Source of the DNA: Octopus vulgaris
Taxonomy: Eukaryota
Direction of reading: 5' to 3'
NCBI GenBank assembly: GCA_951406725.2
Contig: OX597833.1
Span: 2,666,001-2,730,000, forward strand
DNA length: 64,000 nt
The notes beneath the pieces are model-generated. The model saw nothing but the letters and a program-made list of their open reading frames with translations. It made no database searches and was not told the DNA's origin. The stretch's first letter is position 1. Each line of letters begins with the position of its first letter. Below, in pieces: positions 28,323-42,267 of the stretch. The translations under genes were made by a program, and so were the position numbers.

Positions 28323-28790
28323 TTGAATATGTAAATAAATAGCACTTCATACTTGAGGCTCTGGTGAAGCAATAAGGTGTTGCTCAAGCACTCAATTATA
28401 AACCCACTGCATTTTGTAGCAGAAACAACTGTGAGCCAATGAAGTTCATAAAATAATCGTTTATACCTGAAGCACATGTATATTGAATGTTAGTCTTGCA
28501 ATGCCTAAGCAAAATGTGGCATTTGGAAGGGCATCCAGCTGTAAAAATCATGCCAAACTAACCCCATCTGTGCTAGTGCCACATAAAAAGTGCAGAGTGG
28601 ACTCTGCAGAGTGGTTGGCGTTAGGAAGGGCATCTAGCCATAAAATCTTTGCCAAAACAGACACAGTAGTCTAGGGTAGTTTGTCTCCTTAGCCAGCTCC
28701 TGTCAACCTTTCTACCCATGACCCATGCATGCATGGAAGATGGACGTTAAACCATTAAACGAAGATGGTGACAACATATATATATACATA

Positions 28791-29002
28791 TATAATCAAA
28801 ATAAGCAACAAGTATATCTGAGGTAAAGTAGTACAATTGTTTCATGCTACTTAATTTAATTAAACGCTGTAAGTATTACATCAGTTTTAAAATGTCGACA
28901 TTTTAAAATTGATGTAATACTTACAGTGTTTAATAAAATGAAGTAGCATGAAACGATTGTACCACTCTACCTTGGATATCCTTGTTGCTTGTTTTGATTA
29001 TA
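28791..29002. repeat. Imperfect palindrome in (TA)n
   Basis: ~105-bp arms, centre atgtcgacat. Confidence 0.82.
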
Positions 29003-29425
29003 ATCACCTCATTTGATTTATATGGATAATACCATACCAAATTCTGGTGCCTTTGACTTAAGTACCATATTCATTTGAATCTAAATTTTGCTGATCTCAT
29101 ATATATATATATATATATATATATCACAGTATTGACCGAACTATCACATGTTGTTATACATCACTGGTCACAATGCGCTTGCATTGCTTTAGTCTTTGAT
29201 TAATGCCACCCTGCTGGCTAAGTGAGCAGGCCAACATTAACCCTCGTTGGGAAGCTCGTCTGTCACAGATTTATCCATTTACAGATGAGCGGACTGGAGC
29301 AACAGGAAGTGAAGTGTTTTGCCCAAGAACACAATGTGCTGCCCAGGACTGAACCCAAAACCCCAAAGCTGGGGAAACAAGCCTGCTAACCACACATCCA
29401 TACCTGCCCCCTATTCACAGCGTAC

Positions 29426-29592
29426 CTTAAATTACTTCCTCCTTCGTCACACTGATGCTGTAGACCATCGTCAAGACCTGCTACAAATGTCTTCATATTG
29501 GCTTGCTCAAGAGCTGTCCAGAGCTGAGCATCGGTGTGTTGGTCAAATGGATCCAGATTCAGACGGATTGGTCCAAAGAAAAGAACAGGATC
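29426..29592 (-). CDS. ABCC1: ABCC1-like exon (NBD2)
   Basis: cag|..|gtacg; DPVLFFGPIRLNLDPFDQHTDAQLWTALE...CDEGGSNL(S); 167 nt. Confidence 0.96.
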
Positions 29593-29699
29593 CTGGTGGA
29601 ATTTAAGAAAAGATAGAAACAATGAGAATAAACCATTTTGGGTTAGAGTTTATTTTATTTATTTATTTATTTATTTTTCACTGCATATCCTCTCTCATT

Positions 29700-30545
29700 C
29701 TTCCTTTAAGTTAACCCATAACCTCTTCCTCACTATTAAACCAGCAGGGCTAACCCCCATTCCACCCCTCCTTCCAAGTTAACCTATCTGTGTTACCCCA
29801 TATTTTGTCTCTCTTAGAATTAACCCACATGTTAAATCATATCCTTTCCCTTCTTTTGAAGTGACCCATCTGTGTTATCCCATATTCTCTCTCTCTCTCT
29901 CTCTGAATACTTAATACTTATGTGTTAACCCATATCCTTCCCATCCTTTGGAGTTCACCCACCTGTGTTACCTCATACACTCTCTCTCAGAATTAACCCC
30001 ATGTCTCTCCCCTCAGTATGAATTAACCCATCTCTCCCCTCAGTATGAATTAACCCATCTGTGTTACCCCATATTTTGTCTCTCTTAGAATAAACCACAT
30101 GTTAAACCATATCCTTTCCCTCCTTTTGAAGTGACCCATCTGTGTTATCCCATATTCTCTCTCTCTCTGAATACTTAATACTTATGTGTTAACCCATAAT
30201 TAATACTTATGTGTTAACCCATATCCTTCCCATCCTTTGGAATTCACCCATCTGTGTTACCTCACACACTCTCTCTCAGAATTAACCATACATTTTACCT
30301 CACATCTCTCCCCTCATTATGAATTAACCCATCTGTGTTAACCCATATTATGCTCCCACCTTTGAATCAACCCTTATGTGTTAACCCACATCCTACCCCC
30401 TCTTCATGAATTAACGTTAACCAATCTGAAATAACCTACATTCTGTCCTATCTAAATTAACCCATGATTTACCCCAACCTTTGTATTAACCCACCTCAGT
30501 TCACCCACATCCTGCCATTGCTTTGTGTTTAACCCATCTCAGTCA
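29700..30545 (+). repeat. Degenerate TAACCC-containing tandem repeat
   Basis: Recurrent ttaacccatctgtg; ~225-bp duplication (29785-30000 vs 30056-30285). Confidence 0.75.
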
Positions 30546-30826
30546 CCTCGTGTAATTTAGTCCTAGATACACTACTTGTGATCAAGAGACAGGAATGTCA
30601 TGATTAGAATACCCTCGATCATAAGTATGACTGCTGTATGTGGACCTACCTAGGGTTAAACAACAAAGTACAATGAATAGTGTATCCCTAGATAGACTAT
30701 GTCTGAAGAAGTGAAGGAATGGTCATGAATGGAACATCCTTGATCAGTGGTCCCTTGGATCAGAACTGACCTGGGTTAAATAACAAGGAAGGACATTGGA
30801 CAATGTAGTCCTAGATACACTATATG

Positions 30827-31055
30827 TTTCTTTATTACCCACAAGGGGCTAAACACTGAGGGGACAAACAAGGACAGACAATGGGATTAAGTCGATTACA
30901 TCGACCCCAGTGCGAAACTGGTACTTTATTTATCAACCCCAAAAGGATGAAAGGCAAAGTCAACCTCGGCGGAATTTGAACTCAGAATGTAGCGACAGAC
31001 GAAATACTACTAGGCATTTTGCCCGGCGTGCTAACGATTCTGCCACCTTGCCGCC
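30827..31055 (-). mobile_element. SINE family B with target-site duplication
   Basis: Flanked on both sides by cctagatacactata. Confidence 0.85.
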
Positions 31056-31809
31056 TAGATACACTATAGGCGCAGGAGTGGCTGTGTGGTATGTAGCTTG
31101 CTTACCAACCACATGGTTCCGGGTTCAGTCCCACTGCGTGGCATCTTGGGCAAGTGTCTTCTACTATAGCTTCGGGCCAACCAAAGCCTTGTGAATAGAT
31201 TTGGTTGATGGAAACTGAAAGAAGCCTGTCGTATATATGTATATATATATATATATATGCGTGTGTGTGTTTGTGTGCCTGTGTTTGTCCCCCTAGCATT
31301 GCTTGACAACCAATGCTGGTGTGTTTATGTCCCCGTTACTTAGCGGTTCGGCAAAAGAGACCGATAGAATAAGTACTGGGCTTACAAATGAATAAGTCCC
31401 GGGGTCGAGTTGCTCGATTAAAGGCGGTGCTCCAGCATGGCCGCAGTCAAATGACTGAAACAAGTAAAAGAATAAAAGAGTAAATAAAAGAAAGAATATG
31501 CTTTTTCAAGAGACCAGAATGTCATAGCTGGAATGCCCTCAATCGTAGGTATGTCTTTGGATCCGAATTGACCTTGGGCTAAACAATAACAAAGAGGAAC
31601 ATTGAATAATGTAGTCCTGGATACACTATGCCTAAACATGAATTGCCTTGGATCATAGGTCTGGCTGTGGATTGACCCAGGGCTACACACCAACAAAGGA
31701 CATAGGACAAGGTCATTCTAGATACAGAATGCCCACACAAGCGACAAGGTTGTCATATGTGGAGGATCTTTGATCATTGGTCTCCTGGATATGGACTGAC
31801 CTAGGGTTA

Positions 31810-32160
<351 letters not shown>

Positions 32161-32165
32161 TCAGA

Positions 32166-32712
32166 GGCAAAGAAAGAAAGAAAGAAGGAAAGGAAAGAAA
32201 GAAAGAAAGAAAGAAGGAAAAGAAAGAAAAAGGAAGGAAAGGAAGGAAGGAAAGAAGGAAAGAAGGAAAGAAAGAAGGAAAAGAAAGGAAAAGGAAGGAA
32301 AGGAAGAAAGGAAAGAAGGAAAGAAGGAAAGAAAGAAGGAAAAGAAAGAAAAAGGAAGGAAAGGAAGGAAGGAAAGAAGGAAAGAAGGAAAGAAAGAAAG
32401 AAAGAAGGAAAGAAAGGAGGAAAGAAGGATGGAAAGAGGGAAAGAAAGAAGGAAAGAAGAAAAAGAAAAGAAAGGAAGAAAAGAAAGGAAAAAAGGAAAG
32501 AAAGAAGGAAAGAAGGAAGGAAGGAAGGAAAGAATGAAAGAAAGAAGAAAGAAGGAAAGGAAAGAAAGAAAGAGAGAAAGAAAGAGAGAAAGGAAAAGAG
32601 AAAGAAAGAAGGAAAAAAGGAAATAAAGAAGGAAAAAAAGAAAGAAAGAGGGAAAGAAAGAAGGAAAGAAAGAAAAAAAGAGGGAAAAAAGAGGGAAAGA
32701 AAGAAAGCAAGA
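32166..32712 (+). repeat. Polypurine (GAAA/GGAA) tract
   Basis: About 545 nt almost entirely A/G. Confidence 0.95.
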
Positions 32713-33124
32713 GGGAAAATTATATCTGAATAAATGCTCCAAGAAAAATATTCGTTTCCAACATCAGCGCAAAACCACACAAAAATGTTATTTATATTAT
32801 CCTTCCCAGAGAATACAGAACAGAAACTTTAAAAGGTAAAAAGAAATAACTTAGGCTGTCTTTAAACTCACAAAAAATAAAGGCGTCGTTCATTGTATTC
32901 TCTTGTGAAGAAATTATTAAATTTCAAGGGAAGTAACTTTGCAAATTTTAGAGTTATGTCCCTTGCATACTTTTCCTCTTTTTTTTTTCTTTCCCAATTT
33001 CCAACTTCGTTGTCGGAATATTCTTCTGCTTAAAAACACATTCAAACTGAAACTGTCCAACCGTAGTTTCAGGAATAAGTCCACCCCAGACTACACTATC
33101 CAATATGTCTTTTGAAAAGTCCAA

Positions 33125-33599
33125 TTTTTCTGTCCACCATACTCTGAGCGCCTTGTTTCCCTGGGCATGGATTCACTGAAGCTCCGGCATCTGGCGATGG
33201 ACTTGGTAAACACCCACAAAGTTATCAACCACCTCACCAACAACAACACTGAACACCTTTTTGATCTCCATGTGTCTAACACACGTGGACATGCCTACAA
33301 AGTCAGAAAACAACACAGCTCCCATGACTTTCGGAAACATTTTTTCACGCTCAGAGTTGCTGAAGCATGGAACAAACTGCCTGCGTCAGTTGTTGACTGC
33401 CATGACACTGCATCCTTTAAGGCCCTCATGCTTTCCGAGATCCGCCGAAACTACACCTGATTTCCCCCCTTCCATACTCATACACATATGTGTATGTCAT
33501 GACTCATGCACTGTTCTTTTCCTGATGCTTGTACATTACCCTATGTACTACACATACACTTTAGATGAGTTGTAGTGCACCTGAGCACTGTACACAATG

Positions 33600-33600
<1 letters not shown>
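33125..33600 (+). mobile_element. CR1-group LINE 3' end
   Basis: YSERLVSLGMDSLKLR..DL...TRGHAYKV..RKHFFTLRVAEAWNKLP, a 3'UTR and an (ATT)n tail. Confidence 0.82.
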
Positions 33601-33636
<36 letters not shown>

Positions 33637-34147
33637 AGACCTATTATGTTTTTCAAAACTCGTCTTTTTTTTTTTTGGTTCTTGATAATTTTTGTACATG
33701 TGCATATACACACACACACACACCCGTATGTGTCTGATCTTCGTCATTTCTGAGTATTTCATATTTCCTTCGTGTCGATTTTGTTGGCTTGAAGTCCTCT
33801 GCCAAAACACATTTCATGGGGTTGACATCTTTTTGTTTGTTGTGCATTCTTCTTGAACAAAAAGGCTCGTTCATAAGGTGCAGATTCTGTCCAGTTTTTC
33901 TGCCTTAAACATATCCAGTTTGTTTTATTGTTTGACAGTCTGGGAGATTATTGCCTTGTTTAGAAACAAGTGAAGTGAGGGTTTAGCAACAGGAAGAACA
34001 CCCAGGTACAGCAAACTCTGCCCCCAACACACTCTCATCCAACCCCAACAAATCTGGAAAAACAGACACTAAATTGACGATGATGAAGATGGTGATGATG
34101 GTGGTGGTAGTGGTGATGATGATGATGGGGTTCTCCAATAATGGTCA

Positions 34148-34333
<186 letters not shown>

Positions 34334-35193
34334 CTACAAAAACAAAAAAAAAAGTTAAAGAGAAAAGCCAAAGTCAAACTGGATTTCTAAACAGTGCTTC
34401 TTGATATATGTTGTTTATATATTGATATTCCACCAACCTTAATCCTTTTGATACCAACCCGACTGGCTCTGTAGTAAAAATGTCTTGTTTTCATTAAGTT
34501 TTGAATTAAAATCTTCCACCAAACCTTAGTCACAATTTATGTTCCTAACACTAGCTTAATGATAACTAAGTTATTTTACTAAATTCTTTCTTATTTTTAA
34601 AATGAATTGAAAGAAACACAGAGCATCTCAACAGAAATCATCATCATCATCGTTTAACGTCTGCTTTCTATGCTAGCATGAGTTGGACGATTTTGACTGA
34701 GGGCTGGCGAACCAGATGGCTGCACCAGGCTTCAATCTTGATCTGGCAGAGTTTCTACAGCTGGATGCCCTTCCTAACGCCAACCACTCCGAGAGTGTCG
34801 TGGGTGCTTTTTACATGCCACTGGCACGGGGGCCAGTCAGGCAGTACTGGCAATGACCTCGCTCGAATCTTTTTACACATGTAACAAAAGGGTTAAACTC
34901 CTAGATTGTTGTTGTTGTAGGTTTTGTTTATGTTAGCCATTCTCAATGTTTGCCACCCGTCAGACCCTCCAGAATTCTACTCAGGGTACAATATCCCACC
35001 CCAGCTAAACAGGCTTAACCATTGGTGCAAGCATGACTGTTATGGTAATGAAGATTTGCCTCCTAGCCTCATAGTTTCGGGTTCAGTGCCACAGTGGCAC
35101 CCTGGGCACAGGAGTCTTCTTTTGTTATGGCCCTGAGCAGACAAACGACTGAGGTCAGTGGAAAATTTTACTTGCATTGTATTTTCTGTTATG

Positions 35194-35305
<112 letters not shown>

Positions 35306-35591
35306 TGTGTGTGTGTGTGTGTGTTTGTGTGTGTTTGTGTGTATTTTTGTGTGTGTGTGTGTGTATGTATACGTTTGTGTGTGTGTCTGTCCTCCACACC
35401 ATTGCTTGACAACTTATGTCGGTATATTGACGTCCCAGTAACTTAGCAGTTTGACAAAATAACCCGACAGAATAGGTACTAGGCTTACAAAGAATAAGTC
35501 TTGGGGATTGATTTCTTTGCCCAAAGGCAGTGCTCCAGCATGGCCACAGTCCACTGACTGAAACAAATAGAAGGGTGGAGAAAGTACTTAC

Positions 35592-35693
35592 TTCGGAATC
35601 AACATGGGAATATTCTCGGATCCTTTCAATCGCAACAATATTGGACTGCAAATTACACCACTGTGATACCATCATGCTCAGGGCTGTCACTAT
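35592..35693 (-). CDS. ABCC1: ABCC1-like exon (TM17 end)
   Basis: cag|..|gtaag; IVTALSMMVSQWCNLQSNIVAIERIREYSHVDSE; 102 nt. Confidence 0.93.
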
Positions 35694-35839
35694 CTGGGGG
35701 GGGAAAAAACAATAATCACAATAATAATAATAATGATGATAATGATAATAATAATAATATTAATAACAACAATAATAATAACAATAATAATAATAATAAT
35801 AATAATATAATGATAATAATAATGATGATGATAATAATA

Positions 35840-36229
35840 TCTTTATATATAAAAGTCAAGTGTGTCTGTCTCCTACGATTTAGATTCCTAACTACTCCCA
35901 CATTTTGCGGTGCAGTTTAACCAAAACCCAGTATCTTTTAGTCGTGATTCATATCGAGCCCTTCTGGGTATTAGCGCTCGTCTACGATGAGTCTATGATC
36001 TTTTAAATAATTTACCATCATTTTTTTCCATTTTAATGCATGCATTTTTTCGCTATTATATAAAGGAAGTAACTCTCTAAAAATGTCTACGATGAGCCAA
36101 CGATTTAAAAAAAAAAATTTACCATAATTTTTTTTCCATTTTTTTGCTATTTTTTGGCTATAACTCTCTAAAAATGCTTATATAGTTATTTCCCTGACAA
36201 ACCCGAGCAACGCCGGGCAATACTACTAG
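35840..36229 (+). mobile_element. Non-autonomous Helitron
   Basis: A|TC 5' end, subterminal hairpin cccgagcaacgccggg, CTAG|T 3' end; inserted in (AAT)n. Confidence 0.8.
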
Positions 36230-36460
36230 TTACATATAATATTAATAACAACAATAATAATAACAATGATAATAATAATAACAACAACAATAATAATAAC
36301 AATAATAATAACAATAACAATAATAATAATAATAATAATAACAATGATAATTGTTAAAAATGATTCATGAAGGGACCCATCCAATCCAGCTAAGAGGGGA
36401 GAGAGGGCAAGAAGTTAGGGAGCTGGTGGGTTCGGGAAATGGATTGTTTTGATGTCTTAC

Positions 36461-36587
36461 CTGCAAGGCATAACTAATCGATAGACCAACATCTCCACCA
36501 GTTACGTTGTCTCTGCCACCAACGCTGAACATGGCTGCAGCAAACACCATCAGGTTTCCGATGGTCTCCAGTCGAATCCCAAGCCAT
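36461..36587 (-). CDS. ABCC1: ABCC1-like exon (TM16-17)
   Basis: cag|..|gtaag; RWLGIRLETIGNLMVFAAAMF...GDVGLSISYALQ; 127 nt. Confidence 0.95.
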
Positions 36588-36654
36588 CTGCAAAAAGGGG
36601 AGAAAGTCAACATGAAGAGGAACACACAGAATCTGATATTGTGGGGGAATAAGA

Positions 36655-37500
36655 TGAAGGGACAAGGGGAGGAAGAGGGAGAGGGGTTGGTGGTAAGAGG
36701 GGGGAAGAGGAGCAGAGGAGAGAGGGGTGGAGGGGAGAGGGGTGGAGGAGAGTGGGGCGGAGGAGAGAGGGGTGGAGGAGAGGGGTGGGGAAAGAGGTGG
36801 GGGAGAGAAAGGCAGAGGGAAGAGGGGTGGGGGAAAGAGGTGGAGGCAAAAGAAGTGGGGGAGAGAAAGGCAGAAGAGTGGAGGGAGAGGGGAGGGGAGG
36901 GGAGGGAGAGGGGCAGAGGAGAGAGAGGCGAAGGAGAGAGGGGTGGGGAAAGAGGTGGGGAAGAGAAAGGCAGAGGGACAGAATGGCAGAGGGGTGGGGG
37001 AAAGAGGTGGAGGCAAAAGAAGTGGGGGAGAGAAAGGTAGAAGAGTGGAGGGAGAGGATGAAGGAGGACGGATGGTGAGGGAATAGGAGAGGGAAAGAAA
37101 GGTAGGGTCAGAAGGAGGAGGGGCATGGGCAGAGGGGATGGGAAAATGGCAGGGGAATGGGCAGAAGGGAGGAGCAGGGGGGACAGCGGGGAACAGAGGG
37201 GAGGATCAGAGGGAGTAGAGGGTGGTTGCAGAGGGGAAAGGGGGCCGAGGGGAGGGGCAAAGGGCGGGGGGAATGGGCAGAGGGGAGGGGCAAAGGGCGG
37301 GGGGAATGGGCAGAGGGGAGGAGCAGGAGCAGGGGGGACAGAGGGAGTAGATGGTGGTTGCAGAGGGGAGGGGCAAAGGGTGGGGGGAATGAGCAGGAGC
37401 AGGGGGACAGCAGGGGACATCGGGGGGGGAGGTCAAAGGGGGTAGAGGGTGGTTGCAGAGGGGAAAGGGAGGGAAGGGGAGAGAGAGAGGGGGGAAAAGG
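36655..37500 (+). repeat. G-rich purine low-complexity repeat
   Basis: Runs of GGGG with nested internal duplications. Confidence 0.9.
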
Positions 37501-38563
37501 AAAACCATTCCCAATGGTATTTTATTTAAGGACCCACAAAGGACAAAGACTGACCCTTGTTTTGGAATTTGAATTCCCTTTTCCGTTTGGGGAAGCCAAG
37601 TATCTCCTCCGCAGCAAATTACCTGTTCCTGTCTCTCTATCTTCTTTTACCTTCTACAACTACTTACTGACACTCCGTCAGTTATGATGACGAGGGTTCC
37701 AGTTGATCCAATCAACGGAACAGCCTGCTTGTGAAATTAAGATGCAAGTGGCTGAGTACTCCACAGACATGTGTACCCTTAACGTAGTTCTGAGGGAGAT
37801 TCAGCGGGACAGAGCAGTGTGACAAGGCATGCCCTACGGAAAAAGGTACGACACATTTTTGCCAGTTGAGTGAATTTGAGCAACGTGAAATAAAGTGTCT
37901 TGCTCAGGGACACAGCACATCAGTGGGAATTGAACTCATGACCTTGCGATCGTGAGCTGAATACTCCTAAACCACTAAACTATGCACCTTCCTGTAATCT
38001 CTCCACATCTGGCATAAAACCACTTCCCTCAATATACATCTACAACTAAGGCGGCGAGCTGGCAGAACCGTTAGCACGCCAGGCGAAATGCTTAGCGGTT
38101 TTTCGTCTGCTGCTACGTTCTGAGTTCAAATTCCACCGAGGTTGATGTTGCCTTTCATCCTTTCGGGGTCGATAAATTAAGTACCAGTTATGCATTGGGG
38201 TCGATGTAATCAACTTGATCACTTTGTCTGTCTTTGTTTGTCCCCTCTATGTTTAGCCCCTTGTGGGTAGTAAAGAAATAGGTATTTCGTCTGCCGCTAC
38301 GTTCTGAGTTCAAATTCCGCCGAGGTCAACTTTGCCTTTCATCCTTTCGGGGTCGATAAATAAAGTACCAGTTATGCACTGGGGTCGATGTAATCAACTT
38401 AATCCGTTTGTCTGTCCTTGTTTGTCCCCTCTATGTCCTGTTGTGGGTAGTAAAGAAATAGGTATTTTGTCGATGTAATCAACTTAATCACTTTGTCTTT
38501 GTTTGTTCTCTCTATGTTTAGCCCCTTGTGGGCAATAAAGAAATATATATGTCTACAACTCAC

Positions 38564-38763
38564 CGATTTGAAGCTAAGCCAGCAAACTGGAATGTCTGCG
38601 AGTGATCCACACGGTTGCTGGATTCCTTTCCAAAGCGCCTGACAACATTGAAAGCTCTTATGCATGAAGTTCCTGTGAGGGTTTCACTGAAGTGGTTGTA
38701 GATCAGGGACCGTGTAGTTGACTCAATGCGTTTCAGCTGTCTCGTGGTGGGGATGTAGTAATT
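38564..38763 (-). CDS. ABCC1: ABCC1-like exon (TMD2, cytoplasmic loop 7)
   Basis: tag|..|gtgag; NYYIPTTRQLKRIESTTRSLIYNHFSETLTGTSCIRAF...LASNR; 200 nt; reading frame not in ORF track. Confidence 0.94.
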
Positions 38764-39510
38764 CTACATTGAAGCAAACGAAGAATATTTGATGAATGCA
38801 AATCTGAGCAAATCAATAATAGTCATCTGTATATCATACTAAATGTATATACATCATTGGAAAACATGATGGTATGGCTTTTGGCTGACAAAAAATTTCT
38901 TCATATACTTGTGTTGAATATAGGTGTAGGAGTGGCTGTGTGGTAAATAGCTTGCTTACCAACCACATGGTTCCGGGTTCAGTCCCACTGGGTGGCATCA
39001 TGGCCAAGTGTCTTCTGCTATAGCCTCGGGCCGACCAAAGCCTTGTGAGTGGATTTTGTAGACAGAAACTGAAAGAAGCCCATCGTATATATGTATATAT
39101 ATGTATGTGCATGTATGTTTGTGTGTCTGTGTTTGTCCCCCTAGCATTGCTTGACTACCGATGCTGGTGTGTTTATGTCCCCGTCACCTAGCGGTTCGGC
39201 AAAAGAGACCGATTGAATAAGTACTGGGCTTACAAAGAATAAGTCCCGGGGTCGAGTTGCTCGATTAAAGGTGGTGCTCCAGCATGGCCGCAGTCAAATG
39301 ACTGAAACAAGTAAAAGAGTATGCAATATATATATAGGTGCAGGCATGGTTGCGTGGTAAGAAGTTTGCTTCCCAACCACAAGGTTGTGGGTTCAGTTCC
39401 ACTGCATGGCACCTTGGGCAAGTCTCTTCTGCTAAAGCTTTGGACCAACCAAAGCCTTGTGAATGGATTTGGTAGAGAGAAACTGTGTGAAGCCTGTTGT
39501 ATCTATATCC

Positions 39511-39561
<51 letters not shown>

Positions 39562-39703
39562 CATATGTGTGTGTGTGTATATATATATATATGTGTTTGT
39601 ATATATATATGTGTGTGTGAGTATATATATATATGTATGTATATATATATATGTATACATATATATATATGTATATATATATGTGTGTGTGTTTGTATAT
39701 ATG

Positions 39704-39740
<37 letters not shown>

Positions 39741-39825
39741 TTGTATATATATATGTGTGTGTGTATGTATATATATATGTATATATATATATGTATACAT
39801 ATATATATGTATATATATATGTGTG

Positions 39826-39878
<53 letters not shown>

Positions 39879-39895
39879 ATATATGTATATGTATT

Positions 39896-39986
<91 letters not shown>

Positions 39987-40003
39987 ATATATGTATATGT
40001 ATT

Positions 40004-40052
<49 letters not shown>

Positions 40053-40310
40053 TATGTATATATATGCGTATATATATATATATATATGTGTATGTATATA
40101 TATATGCATGTATATATACATGTAGATGTAGGTACGTACATATATGTTTGTATGTCAGGGTCGATTCGATTCGTCATTTCGTCCCACTTCCCTTCCTCCC
40201 AGTTTTGTTATATATATATGTATGTATGTATATATGTATGTATATATATATGTGTATATATATGTGTGTGTGTATATATATATGTGTATATATATGTGTG
40301 TGTGTATATA

Positions 40311-40355
<45 letters not shown>

Positions 40356-40430
40356 ATTTGTAATTATATATATATATGTATATTTGTATATATATGTATA
40401 TATGTATATTTATATATATATATGTATATT

Positions 40431-40476
<46 letters not shown>

Positions 40477-40605
40477 TAAATTAGAGACGAAACCACTATT
40501 AGGCAAATCAAACAATGGAAAACTTAAGCCAATACATAAAATTGATTAATTAAAATTATTTTAAACATATATCAAAAGTATTAAAAGTTTAATAAAAGAT
40601 AAAAC

Positions 40606-40639
<34 letters not shown>

Positions 40640-42022
40640 ATACATACATATCTAACATTACACTACACAATGACTGCAAACATTACAAAAAAAAGCAATA
40701 ACATGACAGCCAAGGCATCATTCCGGTTGCTGTCACGGATTTCCTATTTTCCCAATTTTGTTCCAATTCTTTTCAAATTTAATTATACCAATTTAGTTTT
40801 CTATTCTAATTATGAAAATGAAATGCATTTTTGCCATAAATTAATAGCCTTTAAAGTTTGCAAATTTTGGGTAATTTTAGCTGATCAAAATCCACCATGA
40901 TACACATCACGGTAAATCTCATATTGGTGCCCGTCTCCATGGTAACAAGTAATGCTGTAGTCTGTCCCATTTTCACTGTGGAAGTACGATGAGGGTTCCG
41001 GTTGATCCAAATCAACGGAACAGCCTGCTCATGAAATTAACGTGTAAGTGGCTGAGCACTCCACAGACACGTGTACCCTTAACGTAGTTCTCGGGGATAT
41101 TCAGCGTGACACAGAGAGTGACAAGGTCGGCCCTTTGAAATACAGGTACAACAGAAACAGGAAGTAAGAGTGAGAGAAAGTTGTGGTGAAAGAATACAGC
41201 AGGTATCACCACCATCCCCTGCCGGAGCCTCGTGGAGCTTTTAAGTGTTTTCGCTCAATAAACACTCACAACGCCCGGTCTGGGAATCGAAACCGCGAAC
41301 CTACGACCGCGAGTCCGCTGCCCTAACCACTGGGCCATTGCGCCTCCACATTTTCACTGTAGTAATGATGCTGTATGTACACCACTGTAGCCACCACCAT
41401 CAACACCACTTGTAATGTTTTGCTTTCATTTTATTGCTGTTGAAATCATTTTGTGACACAGACAGCTATTATGCAGAAAATGCTGGTTTCTAATTCTTGT
41501 TTTTTGAATATCTAACTTTGATATTCCAGCGCAGTGGTTCCTAACCTGGGGTCTGCAGACCACTGTTGGTCTGTAAAGGTCGTATTGGGACTCCATGAAC
41601 TAAATTCAAAATTTCATATATATATATATATATGGAAGCGCCGCCTTGACTGGCTTCCGTGCCGGTGGCACGTAAAATACACCAATCCGACCGTGGCCGT
41701 TGCCAGCCTCGCCTGGCACCTGTGCAGGTGGCACGTAAAAAGCACCCACTACACTCATGGAGTGGTTGGCATTAGGAAGGGCATCCAGCTGTAGAAACAC
41801 TGCCAGATAAGACTGGAGCCTGGTGCAGCCTTCTGGCTTCCCAGATCTCCGGTCGAACCGTCCAACCCATGCTAGCATGGAGAACGGACGTTAAACGATG
41901 ATGATGATGATGATATATATAGTCAATAATAAAAGGGTAAAATTAATTAATTATTAATTAATTTTACCAAGTAGTGTTCAGTATGTAAAAAGACCATTTA
42001 CGGTATATTTAAAACATTACTT

Positions 42023-42267
42023 TATATAATTAGGGTTCAGTAAAATAATTTACTTTACCACACACCGAATTTTTAGAAATAGCAGCCAAAAAATCTTAGC
42101 TATTTCTTCTACTATAAGAAAAGTCTCCCAGACAATGTATACTCGAGTATACATTGTCTGGGTGACTTTTCTTATAGTAGAAGAAATAGCTAAGATTTTT
42201 TGGCTGCTATTTCTAAAAATTCGGTGTGTGGTAAAGTAAATTATTTTACTGAACCCTAATTATATAA
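42023..42267. repeat. Near-perfect palindrome in (TA)n
   Basis: ~120-bp arms, centre gtatactcgagtatac. Confidence 0.9.

Noticed and set aside
36365-37420. 351-aa Pro-rich ORF
   Set aside because: Low-complexity intron in frame with the true 127-nt exon 36461-36587.
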